Virus record (IMG/VR): IMGVR_UViG_3300005512_000266
Coordinates: 1 to 27,525 of that record
Length of the DNA: 27,525 nt
Strand: one strand, 5' to 3'
Origin: a virus
Taxonomy: Duplodnaviria; Caudoviricetes
Below, piece by piece: positions 1 to 9,767 of the stretch (its first letter is position 1; the number at the start of each line of letters is the position of its first letter). The notes beneath the pieces are model-generated. The model made no database searches and was not told where the DNA came from. It saw only the letters and a list, made by a program, of their open reading frames with translations. A program made the position numbers and the translations under genes.

Positions 1-1
1 A

Positions 2-46
2 CAAAAGACCGGGGCAGGGTCTTGGCAAGAAAAGTTTGTTTCATAG
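2..46 (+). CDS. 3' end of upstream gene (possibly terminase large subunit), partial
   Basis: Open frame QKTGAGSWQEKFVS ends at TAG 44-46, which overlaps the SD (AGGAGG) of the next gene. Identity is inferred only from its position upstream of the portal. Confidence 0.3.
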   Translation, partial: QKTGAGSWQEKFVS

Positions 47-58
47 GAGGAAACGCAC

Positions 59-571
59 ATGAGTTATTGGAATGACATACGTGAAGCGCGGAACGATCCG
101 TACTTCGCATACTACACGGAAGAAATGGCAATGTTTCTTCGCAATCATGTTGTTGAGGGCGGCTTCGTGTCGAACGGAGGCACGGCACACGCTGACGGTG
201 CGGGCGTCGACGTAGACCTTGACATCACCGCAACGAAGACCGTTGTCGATGGCGTGTATGGTGAACTCTCCGCTGTCACCGATTCTGCGCACACGGGGCC
301 CACGCTGTCTGCCGGAGCGCCGGATGCGTATGTAGCGGTTGTCATCAAGAAATCCGCCGCGGACGCATTTGCATTTGACTACGTGAACGGCGCCGCCGCC
401 GCTTCAGGAGCCGCTGCCGTGCCAACTGTTTCAGAGATTGACACCGAAGTCGGCCACGAGGACTGGATCCGCATTGCGGATGTCAAGTTTGTACGAACAG
501 GCGCCGCTGCCGTGACTGTCACTCTCGACAACACGGTTCGTCCTGTGTTCGACGCGGCGAGCCATAGCTGA
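59..571 (+). CDS. Ala/Val/Thr-rich putative virion structural protein (decoration-like)
   Basis: 170-aa ORF with strong SD AGGAGG; composition suggests a beta-rich virion protein; lies in the head module. Confidence 0.55.
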   Translation: MSYWNDIREARNDPYFAYYTEEMAMFLRNHVVEGGFVSNGGTAHADGAGVDVDLDITATKTVVDGVYGELSAVTDSAHTGPTLSAGAPDAYVAVVIKKSAADAFAFDYVNGAAAASGAAAVPTVSEIDTEVGHEDWIRIADVKFVRTGAAAVTVTLDNTVRPVFDAASHS

Positions 572-765
572 TGGACGACCGGGCTTTCATAAAACTGCTG
601 CAAATGCTCCCTCCGACTCATCTGGAGCGGCTGATGCAGGACCAGACGAGAGCCCGGTCTCTTTCCGAGCCTGGGGTGTTCAGGGCCACACCGGACCAGA
701 TACCTCAGGCCACACCTTCTACAATGCAGCCAACAGGCGTGTACAAGAGGAATATTTATGGCTGA
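571..765 (+). CDS. small hypothetical protein
   Basis: 64 aa; TGATG overlap with the previous stop, and its end overlaps the portal start. Confidence 0.55.
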   Translation: MDDRAFIKLLQMLPPTHLERLMQDQTRARSLSEPGVFRATPDQIPQATPSTMQPTGVYKRNIYG

Positions 766-2536
766 TGTAACCGTCGAGAAGCTCAAGGAGACCGTCGATC
801 GCGTGTACAATTCCGACACATACGTTCGGAGGCGATCGAAGTGGCGGCGCTTTCTCAAGCGTTACATGAACGAGTTCTGGGATGATGCGGCTATCGCTCC
901 AGCGGACAGCCGGGTTTCCTATAATCTCATCTTCTCGACTGTCGAGGCAAATACTCCATTATTGACCGACAACAAGCCGATCTGGACAGTAATGAGCCGA
1001 TGGCCGCACCAGCAGTCCATCGCCGACAATCTCACCAAAGCATCAAGGGCGATATGGGACATACTCGATATGGATAAACGCCTGTTTGATGCGGTAAAGG
1101 ATTCGCAATTATTCGGTACGGGGATATTCAAAGTCTATTTTGACCCCATTGCCGACGATATTCGCGTTGAGGTTATAGACCCATCCACATTCGTGATCGC
1201 ACCTGGATATGAGGATCCGTGGGAGGCCCCATGGTGCGGGCAGATTCTCAGGAAACCGCTCTCGTGGGCGAAGTCGGCCTATCCGGACAAAGCGAAAGAG
1301 CTTGAATCGTCAGAGGCGACAAACGGAGCGGATGAAACCCTCTGGGATCGGCAGGACATCGAGCTTGAAGAGGATTTCGTGACCGTCTACGAGATATGGA
1401 TGCGCGATGATTCGACAGTGGAAGAGGTTATGACCGACGATGAGACAGGTGAAGAGGAAAAAGTAACGAAAGCGGCCTATCCGAATGGCCGTATCATCAC
1501 CTTCACCGACGATGAAATAGTCCTTGATGATATCCCTTCACAATTTGAGCACGGAAAGCCGCCCTACATTCCGCTGTATGACTACACAGTACCGCACCAG
1601 TTCTGGGGCCAAGGCGAACCGGATCAGATAGAAGCATTGGTGCTGGAAATTAACGTCAGACTCCAGCAGCTTGTTGAACTCGTTCGAAAGTATTCCAAGA
1701 AGAACTTTATCATATCCGATCAGATGGGAATAAAAGCGGACAAGTTCAAGGAAATGCTTATTGCCGGTGACGAGGTGCTCGTTGCAAAGGGAGATGTTCA
1801 CCGGGACATGGTTATCGAGGTCAATTCTGAACAGGTGAACACATCGCTGCCGAAAATAATCGAGTTGCTCAAGGATATGGTTGAGGAAGTATCTGGGGTA
1901 ACCGATATCACCAAGGGGCAGATCGGAAAGAAGAGCCGCCAGAGCGCGAGTGAAGTCTCAATTCTCGTCGAATCGAGTTACACACGGACCCGGCAGCGTG
2001 TTCGGAATACGGAATGGAGCCTCAGGCGCCTTCTGACCGTATTTATCCACCTTATGCAGCAGTATTACACCGAACCGCGGCCATTCTCATCGCGGCAAGA
2101 TGAAGGTGTGCAGTACGGATATATTTCGAATGACCCATCGTTCGTTCTTGAGCAGAACAAGCCGAAAACTCCTGACGTCCCTGTAGAAAAACTGCACCCG
2201 GAAGACCAGCAAGCGGTACAGGACTACCAGAAGCTCGTTGAGGATTTTGCAATAAAGGATACGGTCTATATCGACTTCGAAATACAAATTGATACGAACT
2301 CCACACTCCCACTGGACAAACAGAGCCAGGCAAACCTTGCAGTTCGCCTTGCGGAAATGAAAACGCTGCCACCTGAAGCGCTACTGGAGATTCTACGCAT
2401 ACCGAATGCGGCGCGATATATCCGCATGCTGAAGGAGAAAGAGGAAAAGGCAATGCAGATGAAACAGCAACAGGCAAGCGCGCCGGGAGCTACGCCGGTA
2501 AAGCAGGGCATGATGCAGCCTCAGGGAGGCAGATAA
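758..2536 (+). CDS. portal protein (P22-like)
   Basis: 592 aa; motifs typical of podoviral portals (YNLIFSTVE, GTGIFKVYFD, PYIPLYDYTVPHQFWGQG, EEVSGVTDITKG, SASEVSIL..R, LMQQYYTEPR) and a Q-rich C-terminal tail; SD GAGGA. Confidence 0.88.
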   Translation: MADVTVEKLKETVDRVYNSDTYVRRRSKWRRFLKRYMNEFWDDAAIAPADSRVSYNLIFSTVEANTPLLTDNKPIWTVMSRWPHQQSIADNLTKASRAIWDILDMDKRLFDAVKDSQLFGTGIFKVYFDPIADDIRVEVIDPSTFVIAPGYEDPWEAPWCGQILRKPLSWAKSAYPDKAKELESSEATNGADETLWDRQDIELEEDFVTVYEIWMRDDSTVEEVMTDDETGEEEKVTKAAYPNGRIITFTDDEIVLDDIPSQFEHGKPPYIPLYDYTVPHQFWGQGEPDQIEALVLEINVRLQQLVELVRKYSKKNFIISDQMGIKADKFKEMLIAGDEVLVAKGDVHRDMVIEVNSEQVNTSLPKIIELLKDMVEEVSGVTDITKGQIGKKSRQSASEVSILVESSYTRTRQRVRNTEWSLRRLLTVFIHLMQQYYTEPRPFSSRQDEGVQYGYISNDPSFVLEQNKPKTPDVPVEKLHPEDQQAVQDYQKLVEDFAIKDTVYIDFEIQIDTNSTLPLDKQSQANLAVRLAEMKTLPPEALLEILRIPNAARYIRMLKEKEEKAMQMKQQQASAPGATPVKQGMMQPQGGR

Positions 2537-2567
2537 TGCCATATCGACACACACAAAGGAGAATGAA

Positions 2568-2984
2568 ATGAATCCACAGCAAAATATGGGTATGCCGCAG
2601 GGCGGTATGCAAGGTGGCCCTCCGGCAGATCAAGTGATGAAACAGATGCGCAGCCCGATGAACCCGACTGATATCGCCGCGATGGGGCAGGAACAGCCAG
2701 TAGACATGCAGAACATGACTCTCGGTCAGTTCCTTAAGACGCGTGGCCTTGATGTGAATGGGCCAGTCTCGCAGCTTGTACAGTTTGTGCAGCAATCGCA
2801 GCAGAATGCCAACGTCGGGAACAAGATGAAGGCAATGTCACAGGCAAGCCCCGCTGAGGACCCGCTCGCGGGGCAAGCGCAAGCAATGGGCGGGCCACGG
2901 AACGCAATGCCACAGCAAGGATCAATGCCTCGCGGCCAAGGAGGGAGCATTGAAGATTTGATGCGGATGAAGTCGGGAATGTAA
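2568..2984 (+). CDS. low-complexity Gln/Met/Pro/Gly-rich protein
   Basis: 138 aa; SD AAGGAG; stop overlaps the next start (TAATG). Confidence 0.7.
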   Translation: MNPQQNMGMPQGGMQGGPPADQVMKQMRSPMNPTDIAAMGQEQPVDMQNMTLGQFLKTRGLDVNGPVSQLVQFVQQSQQNANVGNKMKAMSQASPAEDPLAGQAQAMGGPRNAMPQQGSMPRGQGGSIEDLMRMKSGM

Positions 2985-3313
2985 TGAAAGGGCTCGACGA
3001 GCTGTTTGGCACCGGTGCTTACGCAACCAATCGGCAGACTGGTAACCAGCACGGGGAGGATGTCGGAAACGCCATTAACAAAGGCGTTAATTCCGACAGG
3101 CGCGATGATGGTAACCGTGGTTCCGGTGAAGGTAACCGCGATTCCGACGCGCAGCTCAGGTACCGGATAATGGAACTCCAGAGGGCGTTTGGCCTTCCGG
3201 AGCCTGGATATATGGATACCGACACACGGCTCGGTATGAACTTCGATAACCTGGACGCGGCACAGGCACGCGCATGGCGCGATTACCAGGAAATGACACA
3301 GCAAAGGAGATAA
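2984..3313 (+). CDS. hypothetical protein
   Basis: 109 aa; coupled to the upstream gene, and its end carries the scaffold SD. Confidence 0.65.
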   Translation: MKGLDELFGTGAYATNRQTGNQHGEDVGNAINKGVNSDRRDDGNRGSGEGNRDSDAQLRYRIMELQRAFGLPEPGYMDTDTRLGMNFDNLDAAQARAWRDYQEMTQQRR

Positions 3314-3315
3314 AC

Positions 3316-4146
3316 ATGGTTGAAGATCGTATCATGCTGGCACCCGACGATGGCGGACAAGCCGGCAGCGGCGGAACCTCTATCGATTCTGGCGGAAGTA
3401 TCTCTGGTACATCTGGCATTACCGGCGGAGGAGAATCGCTCGATACCGGAGGAATGGGCGGATCCCCTGCCCCATTCTTTGAGATCGAGGACTCGAAGGG
3501 GAAAAAGTACTCGTTCAAGGATGCTGAAGATCTGAAACAGCAGTTTTCACGTTTCGGGATGCTTCAGTCAGACTACTCGCGCAAGACAGCGGAACACGCA
3601 CGAACCGTGGAAGAATTCACTGCGCAGAGGAAGAAGGCTGAAGAATCATGGGAACGCATCAACAAGATGAACAACTTCCTCAGTGAAAACCCGCACGTTT
3701 ATAGACAACTACAACAGGCCATGCAACGTGGTACTACCGGAGATGTTGCTGTCGAAAAGGCTCGCGCAATGATGCAGGAAGGCAACAAAGAGCTTGTGAG
3801 CCAGATCGAGGAGCTGCGGAAATGGAAAGAAAAGCAGGAGTTTTCTGAACGTCGCAACGCAATTTACGAAAATATGAAGCGCCGGTACGGAGATTTCGAT
3901 CCGCAGCACATCCAGCAGATGATGGATGGAATCGACCCGAATGATATGGAAAGTATCGTTGATCTTCTGTATCACGCGAATCGCGGGAAGATGACACCGG
4001 AACAACGAGCGCGCATGGCAGACGCGCAGCGTATGAAGCAGCAGAGCCGCATGGTATCAAACTCCGGTGGGGGTGCGGTACCTGTCAAATCGGCGAAGTC
4101 GCTCGACGAAGCGTATGAAATGGCAATGCGTGAAGTTGGATCATGA
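3316..4146 (+). CDS. capsid scaffolding protein
   Basis: Start moved to ATG 3316 (SD AAGGAG). Gly-rich disordered N-terminus, QSDYSRKT motif common in scaffolds, coiled coils, C-terminal helix SLDEAYEMAMRE; directly upstream of the capsid gene. Confidence 0.78.
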   Translation: MVEDRIMLAPDDGGQAGSGGTSIDSGGSISGTSGITGGGESLDTGGMGGSPAPFFEIEDSKGKKYSFKDAEDLKQQFSRFGMLQSDYSRKTAEHARTVEEFTAQRKKAEESWERINKMNNFLSENPHVYRQLQQAMQRGTTGDVAVEKARAMMQEGNKELVSQIEELRKWKEKQEFSERRNAIYENMKRRYGDFDPQHIQQMMDGIDPNDMESIVDLLYHANRGKMTPEQRARMADAQRMKQQSRMVSNSGGGAVPVKSAKSLDEAYEMAMREVGS

Positions 4147-4168
4147 AACACTATGGAGGTAATACACC

Positions 4169-5161
4169 ATGGCTGATTACAGCGCGCCTATAGAGGCAAT
4201 GCAGGAACAAGCAAACGCGATAAGTTCCCACTATTTTGACAACACGCTCCGCAAGGTCGTGTACCAGGAATCTGTTCTTCTGAAGCGACTGCTCTCGAAG
4301 AACAAGGTTAAAATCAAGGGCGGAGACCTGATCCAATGGCCCGTCCGCGTCAAGAAGCTCAATACCGCGAAGGCGGTAGATCCACGCGCCGCGGTAAACT
4401 GGGAAACCAGAGATACTCGTGTAGCTGCACAGCTTGGCTGGAAATACTACATGGGTACAACGCTCATCCAGTGGGATGAACTTCGCCAGAACAAGGGGAA
4501 GGCGAAACTCATTGACCTCATCAAGGACAAGAGCGAGGAAATCCGCGAAGACATGATCGACAAACTCCTGACTGACATGTATGCAACGAGCGACGGCACC
4601 AACTCGATCGCGTCCCTCAACACGCTGATTGGAACAGGAACTTTTGCCGGTATCGTTCCCACGGAGCTGGAGGATGCAACCCGCTGGCAGTCGATCGTCG
4701 AAGATGCCGCAAGTCATACGCTGTATTTCTACGAGGACGACGCGACCGACTATTCACTCGCTGGGGCTATCAATGCCGCGACCTTCAACAATCAGCGCCC
4801 GACGCTCATCATCACGACTGATGACATCTATACCGGGATTGAGCGGTATCAAGAAGAAAAGCGCCAGATTACCAAGGACGGTGGGCTCATCGACATGGGA
4901 TACGACAACGTAAAGTTCAAAGGTATTCCGATCGTTGCCGACAAACGTTGCCCGGACGGGTACATGTTCGGTATCGACGAAGACGCCCTTGAACTCGTGG
5001 TAGACCCTGACTACGACATGGCGCTCACCAAGTGGGAGAAGCATGAGAAGTATCCGAATGCCCTGTTCAAAGCAATGTCTTGGGCCGGTAACTTCAAGAT
5101 GGCCTATCGCCACACCAGCTTCAAATTCACCGACATCGACGCGATAGAGTCGGCGTCCTGA
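4169..5161 (+). CDS. major capsid protein (HK97 fold)
   Basis: 330 aa; SD GGAGGT; motifs GGDLIQWPV, WDELRQNKG..KLIDLIK, PTLIITT, GYDNVKFKGIPIVADKRCP resemble podoviral capsid proteins. Confidence 0.88.
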   Translation: MADYSAPIEAMQEQANAISSHYFDNTLRKVVYQESVLLKRLLSKNKVKIKGGDLIQWPVRVKKLNTAKAVDPRAAVNWETRDTRVAAQLGWKYYMGTTLIQWDELRQNKGKAKLIDLIKDKSEEIREDMIDKLLTDMYATSDGTNSIASLNTLIGTGTFAGIVPTELEDATRWQSIVEDAASHTLYFYEDDATDYSLAGAINAATFNNQRPTLIITTDDIYTGIERYQEEKRQITKDGGLIDMGYDNVKFKGIPIVADKRCPDGYMFGIDEDALELVVDPDYDMALTKWEKHEKYPNALFKAMSWAGNFKMAYRHTSFKFTDIDAIESAS

Positions 5162-5171
5162 GGGTAGCCTG

Positions 5172-5603
5172 ATGGTCATAGACCTTGATGCGACGCATCA
5201 GACCTTTGAGCCTCTGTATGACAAAAACGGGACGGTGCATGTATTGAGCCGCCTTTCATTCGAGGCGAATCCCGGTGATCTGTGTCGTGTCATCTATGGG
5301 CCGTCAGGCTATATCGCAATACCCTTCGAAACCGCTGCCCCGGTATTCTTTGTTGGGTATATCAAAAATCAATGCTATGCCGGTGGCCTCCAGTGGATCC
5401 ACATTGGAGGTCACATTCAGAGCATCCTGTTGGGCATGGAAGCTGAGGGGGCCAGATTTGTAGAGATACGAGACGGTCATATTTCCTATGCAAACGACAG
5501 GTTTGGATCGAGATACGCCTTTGCTGCGATCAATCATGTAGATGGTTCAGGAATGGCTGACATAACGATGTTCCCCAGGGAGATATGCGATGACGCTTGC
5601 TGA
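5172..5603 (+). CDS. putative capsid cement/decoration protein
   Basis: 143 aa, directly after the capsid gene; AGGLQWIHIGG resembles decoration-protein motifs; stop overlaps the adaptor gene. Confidence 0.45.
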   Translation: MVIDLDATHQTFEPLYDKNGTVHVLSRLSFEANPGDLCRVIYGPSGYIAIPFETAAPVFFVGYIKNQCYAGGLQWIHIGGHIQSILLGMEAEGARFVEIRDGHISYANDRFGSRYAFAAINHVDGSGMADITMFPREICDDAC

Positions 5604-6576
5604 AATGATCGTTGAAGCGAGAAACAAGAGCCGGGTTCACTCGGCAGATCAGAATGATACAACAGTCGTCGGGTATCTCAATGACGGAATCCGGGCATTC
5701 ACGACTGATGTAGACGGACAGATTGAAGACGAATACCTACTTGTTGCTCCGTCTTTCGACATACCGATAACATACGCGATAGATGTGGTAACCGATCTGC
5801 ATCCGCTGACGACCGTGCAGCTCACTTCAACAGCCCAGGAGAATATCAGCGGATCAACTGTGGCACATAGCATCCAGACAGCTCTACGGACAGAGCTATC
5901 TGACGAGACTATCACCGTTGAGTTCGACACCGATGAATGGTCGTTCACGTTCACTTTCCCCGGCACAAGCACAATTACCGTCTCGGAGCCAACAGGGAAT
6001 TATCTTGACGGAACCGCGCTATTCAGTGGTTCCTTTTCTGCTACTGGCTCTTCTTATGAAGCGTCGGCCCCCGCCGGTTCATCTTCAGATACCTCCTTAC
6101 CAGCAGGATTTGTAACCATGCTGACTGTTTCATGGGACGGGAACATTCTTGCGCCGGGGAGTTTTCAAGCTATGGATATCACGGAAAGCGGGACACCGCT
6201 TCTCTATGCCGTGTATGGTACGGCGCTCCGTCTCATGCCGGCCCCATCCAGTCGCAGGGAACTGCGAATACTGTACAAAAAGTCGTTCGCCGAGTTTTCG
6301 CTTGCGGGCGCCACATATGTCGCGGTAACAGACGGCACTCTGGAAACGGATATCGCGGAAGAATGGCAAAAAGCGATCACCTATTACGCCGCATCCCAGA
6401 TGGCGGAGAACAGATTTGAATACGAAACGGCGTCACGGATGTACGGCCAGTATATGCGTATCATGAATGACTATTTGCGGCGCGAAGCGAACAACAATCC
6501 GAAGATTGGATTTCGCACAGGATCCACCGCAACTGCAGGTGTTGACTCTCCATTCCGGGGGTATGTAATTACATGA
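5590..6576 (+). CDS. head-tail adaptor (P22 gp4/T7 gp11-like) with inserted domain
   Basis: N-terminus MTLAEMIVEAR..YLNDG and C-terminal GTPLLYAVYG..LRLMPAP..ILY..WQKAITYYAA are adaptor hallmarks. Confidence 0.7.
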   Translation: MTLAEMIVEARNKSRVHSADQNDTTVVGYLNDGIRAFTTDVDGQIEDEYLLVAPSFDIPITYAIDVVTDLHPLTTVQLTSTAQENISGSTVAHSIQTALRTELSDETITVEFDTDEWSFTFTFPGTSTITVSEPTGNYLDGTALFSGSFSATGSSYEASAPAGSSSDTSLPAGFVTMLTVSWDGNILAPGSFQAMDITESGTPLLYAVYGTALRLMPAPSSRRELRILYKKSFAEFSLAGATYVAVTDGTLETDIAEEWQKAITYYAASQMAENRFEYETASRMYGQYMRIMNDYLRREANNNPKIGFRTGSTATAGVDSPFRGYVIT

Positions 6577-8441
6577 GCATCCAGTCTCTATATGACTTCA
6601 GTGGGGGATACGCCTCGAATATCCCTAACCCGCTGATGAATGCGAACGAACTCATCTCTGCGCTTAACTGCAAATGGGATAACGGGCTGGTTCAGCGCAA
6701 TGGGTTTGCAAAATACAGCGTAGACGCCACAGACATCGACAGCAACACAATTGTTGGCGCGGTGCGCACGGATATATCCGGGACTGTAGAAATGATTCTT
6801 GCGGTTAATGAAAGCGGGACTGGCATCACGTTCTGGCACGGAGAGACTACATTCACGGAGATAATCGGGTTTACTTGGAGTGTATCAACAAATGTCCGGT
6901 TTGCAACGCTTGGCGGATATCTTGTTGCGGTAAACGGAACGGGGCCGCCCGTTGTGTTGACGTACGACAGCGGGTATAGCGTTGAAACGTTAGACAGCGT
7001 TGATGAGCGGGTGCGTGATGATGGCGACTGGCACGCCGTCCTTTATGACGATTCCGAATCAGTGTATACAAATGCGACTTCCGATGCGCAGGATCCTTCA
7101 TCTCCATTCACCATTACGGCCGGAGATGGCGGAGACGGAATTGTCATAAGCTGCGATTTACTGTTCAACAAAGTCTTGATAAACGGCGTCACGAATGGCG
7201 GAAGTACAACGGCGACATACGAATACTCAACCAGTACAGGATGGGTTGAGTTTACCCCGACAGCGGCCCCTGTGTGGACAACAGACGGCGACAAGGAATT
7301 ACGCTTTGACATGCTTGAAGACGGGCTCATGGATGCGGATGTAATCCTGTGGCAGCCATACCTCGAAACCGCTTCGTACGTGACGGAACGATATGCAATA
7401 CGGATAACCTTCACGGCAAATGCGGGTATCGACGCAACGGATATTGCAGTCTCCATGGACCAGTACCTTTCGGTTATCATGGGTGGGGAATTCCCTACCG
7501 ATGTCGCTGTGTACTCAAGCAGATTGGTGCTGGCGTCCGGCAACATTCTGAACTTTGCTCCTGTCAATGCTGTTTCCGGGTGGCGGAGCGATGAAGTTGA
7601 ATATTTCCAGGATGGCGGCAGCAGCATACGCAGAATTCTCCCGTTTCCGGAGATGCTTGTTGTGATGAAAGAGAATGTCATTTACGCACTTACCGGGAAC
7701 TCATATCAGACGTATGCAAAGCGTATTGTAAGCTATGACGGTGTATACGCGCCGAATTCTGTTGTCACCATTGACCAAGAGGTTTATTTTCTGGCCCGTG
7801 ACGGAATACGGGGATGGAACGGGATGCAGAATCTCATCATATCAAAGCACATCGCCGGAGACATTCCGCTGGACTCAGGGGCTGTTGCAGTAAACTACAA
7901 AGGAAACTATCTCATTACGTTCCCCGAAACGGGGATGGCACTGAGATTTGATCCGGACACGGGTAGGAAGCGGGAAAACGGTGACGCCTGTGTAAGTTTC
8001 TATCGGTATACAAATCATGCATTTACATCATTGATCTACGGCAAGGGCAATACAGATACCGGATACCTGTACGGGATACACACTTCTCTTGGCGGCGTGT
8101 ACCGTCTGGACTACGGGACGACTGATAACGGTACAAGTGTAACGATGGAAATGCAGACGCTGTACTATACGTTCCGAAGCGGTGGAGAAGCAAAGCTGTA
8201 CGGGAGAATCAAGCCTGAGCTTACTCCTGCCGGCACATATACCCTGACGATTTACGCCGAAGATGGAAGCCAGACTGAGGAAATATCCATTGAAACGGGG
8301 ACGACTGGCATTGTGTATACAGAAGATATTTCACTCCCATATCACCTGGATGGAAAGAATATCTCATTCAAGATAACACACACCGGGGACAGCGGCGGTA
8401 TAAGGGCAATTCACGTTGCGTATAACAAAAGGGGATATTGA
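6573..8441 (+). CDS. tail nozzle/stabilisation protein (P22 gp10/T7 gp12-like beta-propeller)
   Basis: 622 aa; DFSGG start, LVQRNG, LVVMKENVIYALTG, GVYAPNSVV..VYFLARDGIR repeats typical of nozzle propellers; ATGA coupling. Confidence 0.78.
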   Translation: MSIQSLYDFSGGYASNIPNPLMNANELISALNCKWDNGLVQRNGFAKYSVDATDIDSNTIVGAVRTDISGTVEMILAVNESGTGITFWHGETTFTEIIGFTWSVSTNVRFATLGGYLVAVNGTGPPVVLTYDSGYSVETLDSVDERVRDDGDWHAVLYDDSESVYTNATSDAQDPSSPFTITAGDGGDGIVISCDLLFNKVLINGVTNGGSTTATYEYSTSTGWVEFTPTAAPVWTTDGDKELRFDMLEDGLMDADVILWQPYLETASYVTERYAIRITFTANAGIDATDIAVSMDQYLSVIMGGEFPTDVAVYSSRLVLASGNILNFAPVNAVSGWRSDEVEYFQDGGSSIRRILPFPEMLVVMKENVIYALTGNSYQTYAKRIVSYDGVYAPNSVVTIDQEVYFLARDGIRGWNGMQNLIISKHIAGDIPLDSGAVAVNYKGNYLITFPETGMALRFDPDTGRKRENGDACVSFYRYTNHAFTSLIYGKGNTDTGYLYGIHTSLGGVYRLDYGTTDNGTSVTMEMQTLYYTFRSGGEAKLYGRIKPELTPAGTYTLTIYAEDGSQTEEISIETGTTGIVYTEDISLPYHLDGKNISFKITHTGDSGGIRAIHVAYNKRGY

Positions 8442-9757
8442 TGGCTACAAATCCATATGATGTAGAGACAGCAGAAGAAGATTATGAAAGCGCCCAGACC
8501 GATGCAGAAAATTCGCAAACTGCGGCGGATACCGCGATAACGGAACTAGAAAACGCAATAAAAGAAAACAAAACCCGCACCTCATATGACGAGAATGGGC
8601 ACGCATACATTGAACAGTGGGATCCGGACCTTGAAGGGGGTGGCGGCTGGGTCAGAGTGAAGGATTTTGAAGACGAGTATAATTTGCTTCAAGATCTTGA
8701 GGATATGTCGTGGGACTCAATGGAGGATTGGGCCGCTAAAAATGCGACTATCGACGGCGGGAATCTTTATGATTTGTATTGGGAAGGCATGAATGATTCG
8801 GCCGAGAACATGGGTGTCATGACTGATGCAGACATAAATAATGCGAGAAAATATGGGGCGCAACAACTCGGATTTGCTGATTGGGACGCGATGAACACCG
8901 CCATGAAGACCATGGCGGAGAGTCTTATGGGTGGTGTTTCAGGGCAGGAAGGAATGTCCACCAAAGAAATGGCGTTATACGAGGACGCAAACCGGCGCAA
9001 TATCAGGGCAATGGAAAATGATATCAACCGCCAGCTTGATGCGATAAATGCGAATGGCTCAACCATGACATATCTTGCTGCTGCGGACGAGGCGCGATCG
9101 CAGATGTCTGATGCGCGGGTCGCGGGAGAAGTATCAATCCTCCAGGAAAACTTTGAACGGCAGCAGGTCAATTATGAGTATAAGCAGCAGATGTATGGAT
9201 ATATGGTTGAAACGGGAAACGCAACACAGGCTCAGTATCTTCAGGCTCTTCAAGCAGATCGCGTAAACTCGTTCATGGCCTATGCACAGGGTATGCAAAC
9301 GCTTCAGGCACAGCGGCAGATAGATCTACAAACGCAACAGGCCCACGCAGACGCGATCTACAATCAGATCAATGCATCCCTTGGTATTTCCGAGTCGGCG
9401 ATAACACAGGCGAATGAATTGTATGTACAGGGTGTACAGCCATACATTGACAGCATGGAAGCAGCATTGGTTGAGGCGGATCTCGATTTGAAGGTTCTTA
9501 GTCAGGAGTTTGCAGAGTACTCATGGACGTCCCAAATGTCTACCCAATGGGAAGACGAGAACAAAAAAGATACGAAAAAGGGAATCTGGGGAGCGTTCAA
9601 AGCCGTTGCCGGTGTAGCGCTCTCTGTTGTTGGTGTTGTTGCTATTGTTAGCACTGGCGGCCTCGGTGTTGGTCCAGGTGCTCTACTCTTGGGAGCTGGG
9701 TCATATTTGACATCCAGCGGTGAAGAAACATTTGATGAAAGCAATGTCTGGTGGTAG
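8441..9757 (+). CDS. internal virion/DNA-ejection protein with C-terminal hydrophobic segment
   Basis: Acidic helical Q/A-rich protein after the nozzle; C-terminal GIWGAFKAVAGVALSVVGVVAIVSTGGLGVGPGALLLGAG. Confidence 0.62.
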   Translation: MATNPYDVETAEEDYESAQTDAENSQTAADTAITELENAIKENKTRTSYDENGHAYIEQWDPDLEGGGGWVRVKDFEDEYNLLQDLEDMSWDSMEDWAAKNATIDGGNLYDLYWEGMNDSAENMGVMTDADINNARKYGAQQLGFADWDAMNTAMKTMAESLMGGVSGQEGMSTKEMALYEDANRRNIRAMENDINRQLDAINANGSTMTYLAAADEARSQMSDARVAGEVSILQENFERQQVNYEYKQQMYGYMVETGNATQAQYLQALQADRVNSFMAYAQGMQTLQAQRQIDLQTQQAHADAIYNQINASLGISESAITQANELYVQGVQPYIDSMEAALVEADLDLKVLSQEFAEYSWTSQMSTQWEDENKKDTKKGIWGAFKAVAGVALSVVGVVAIVSTGGLGVGPGALLLGAGSYLTSSGEETFDESNVWW

Positions 9758-9767
9758 GAGGTAGACA

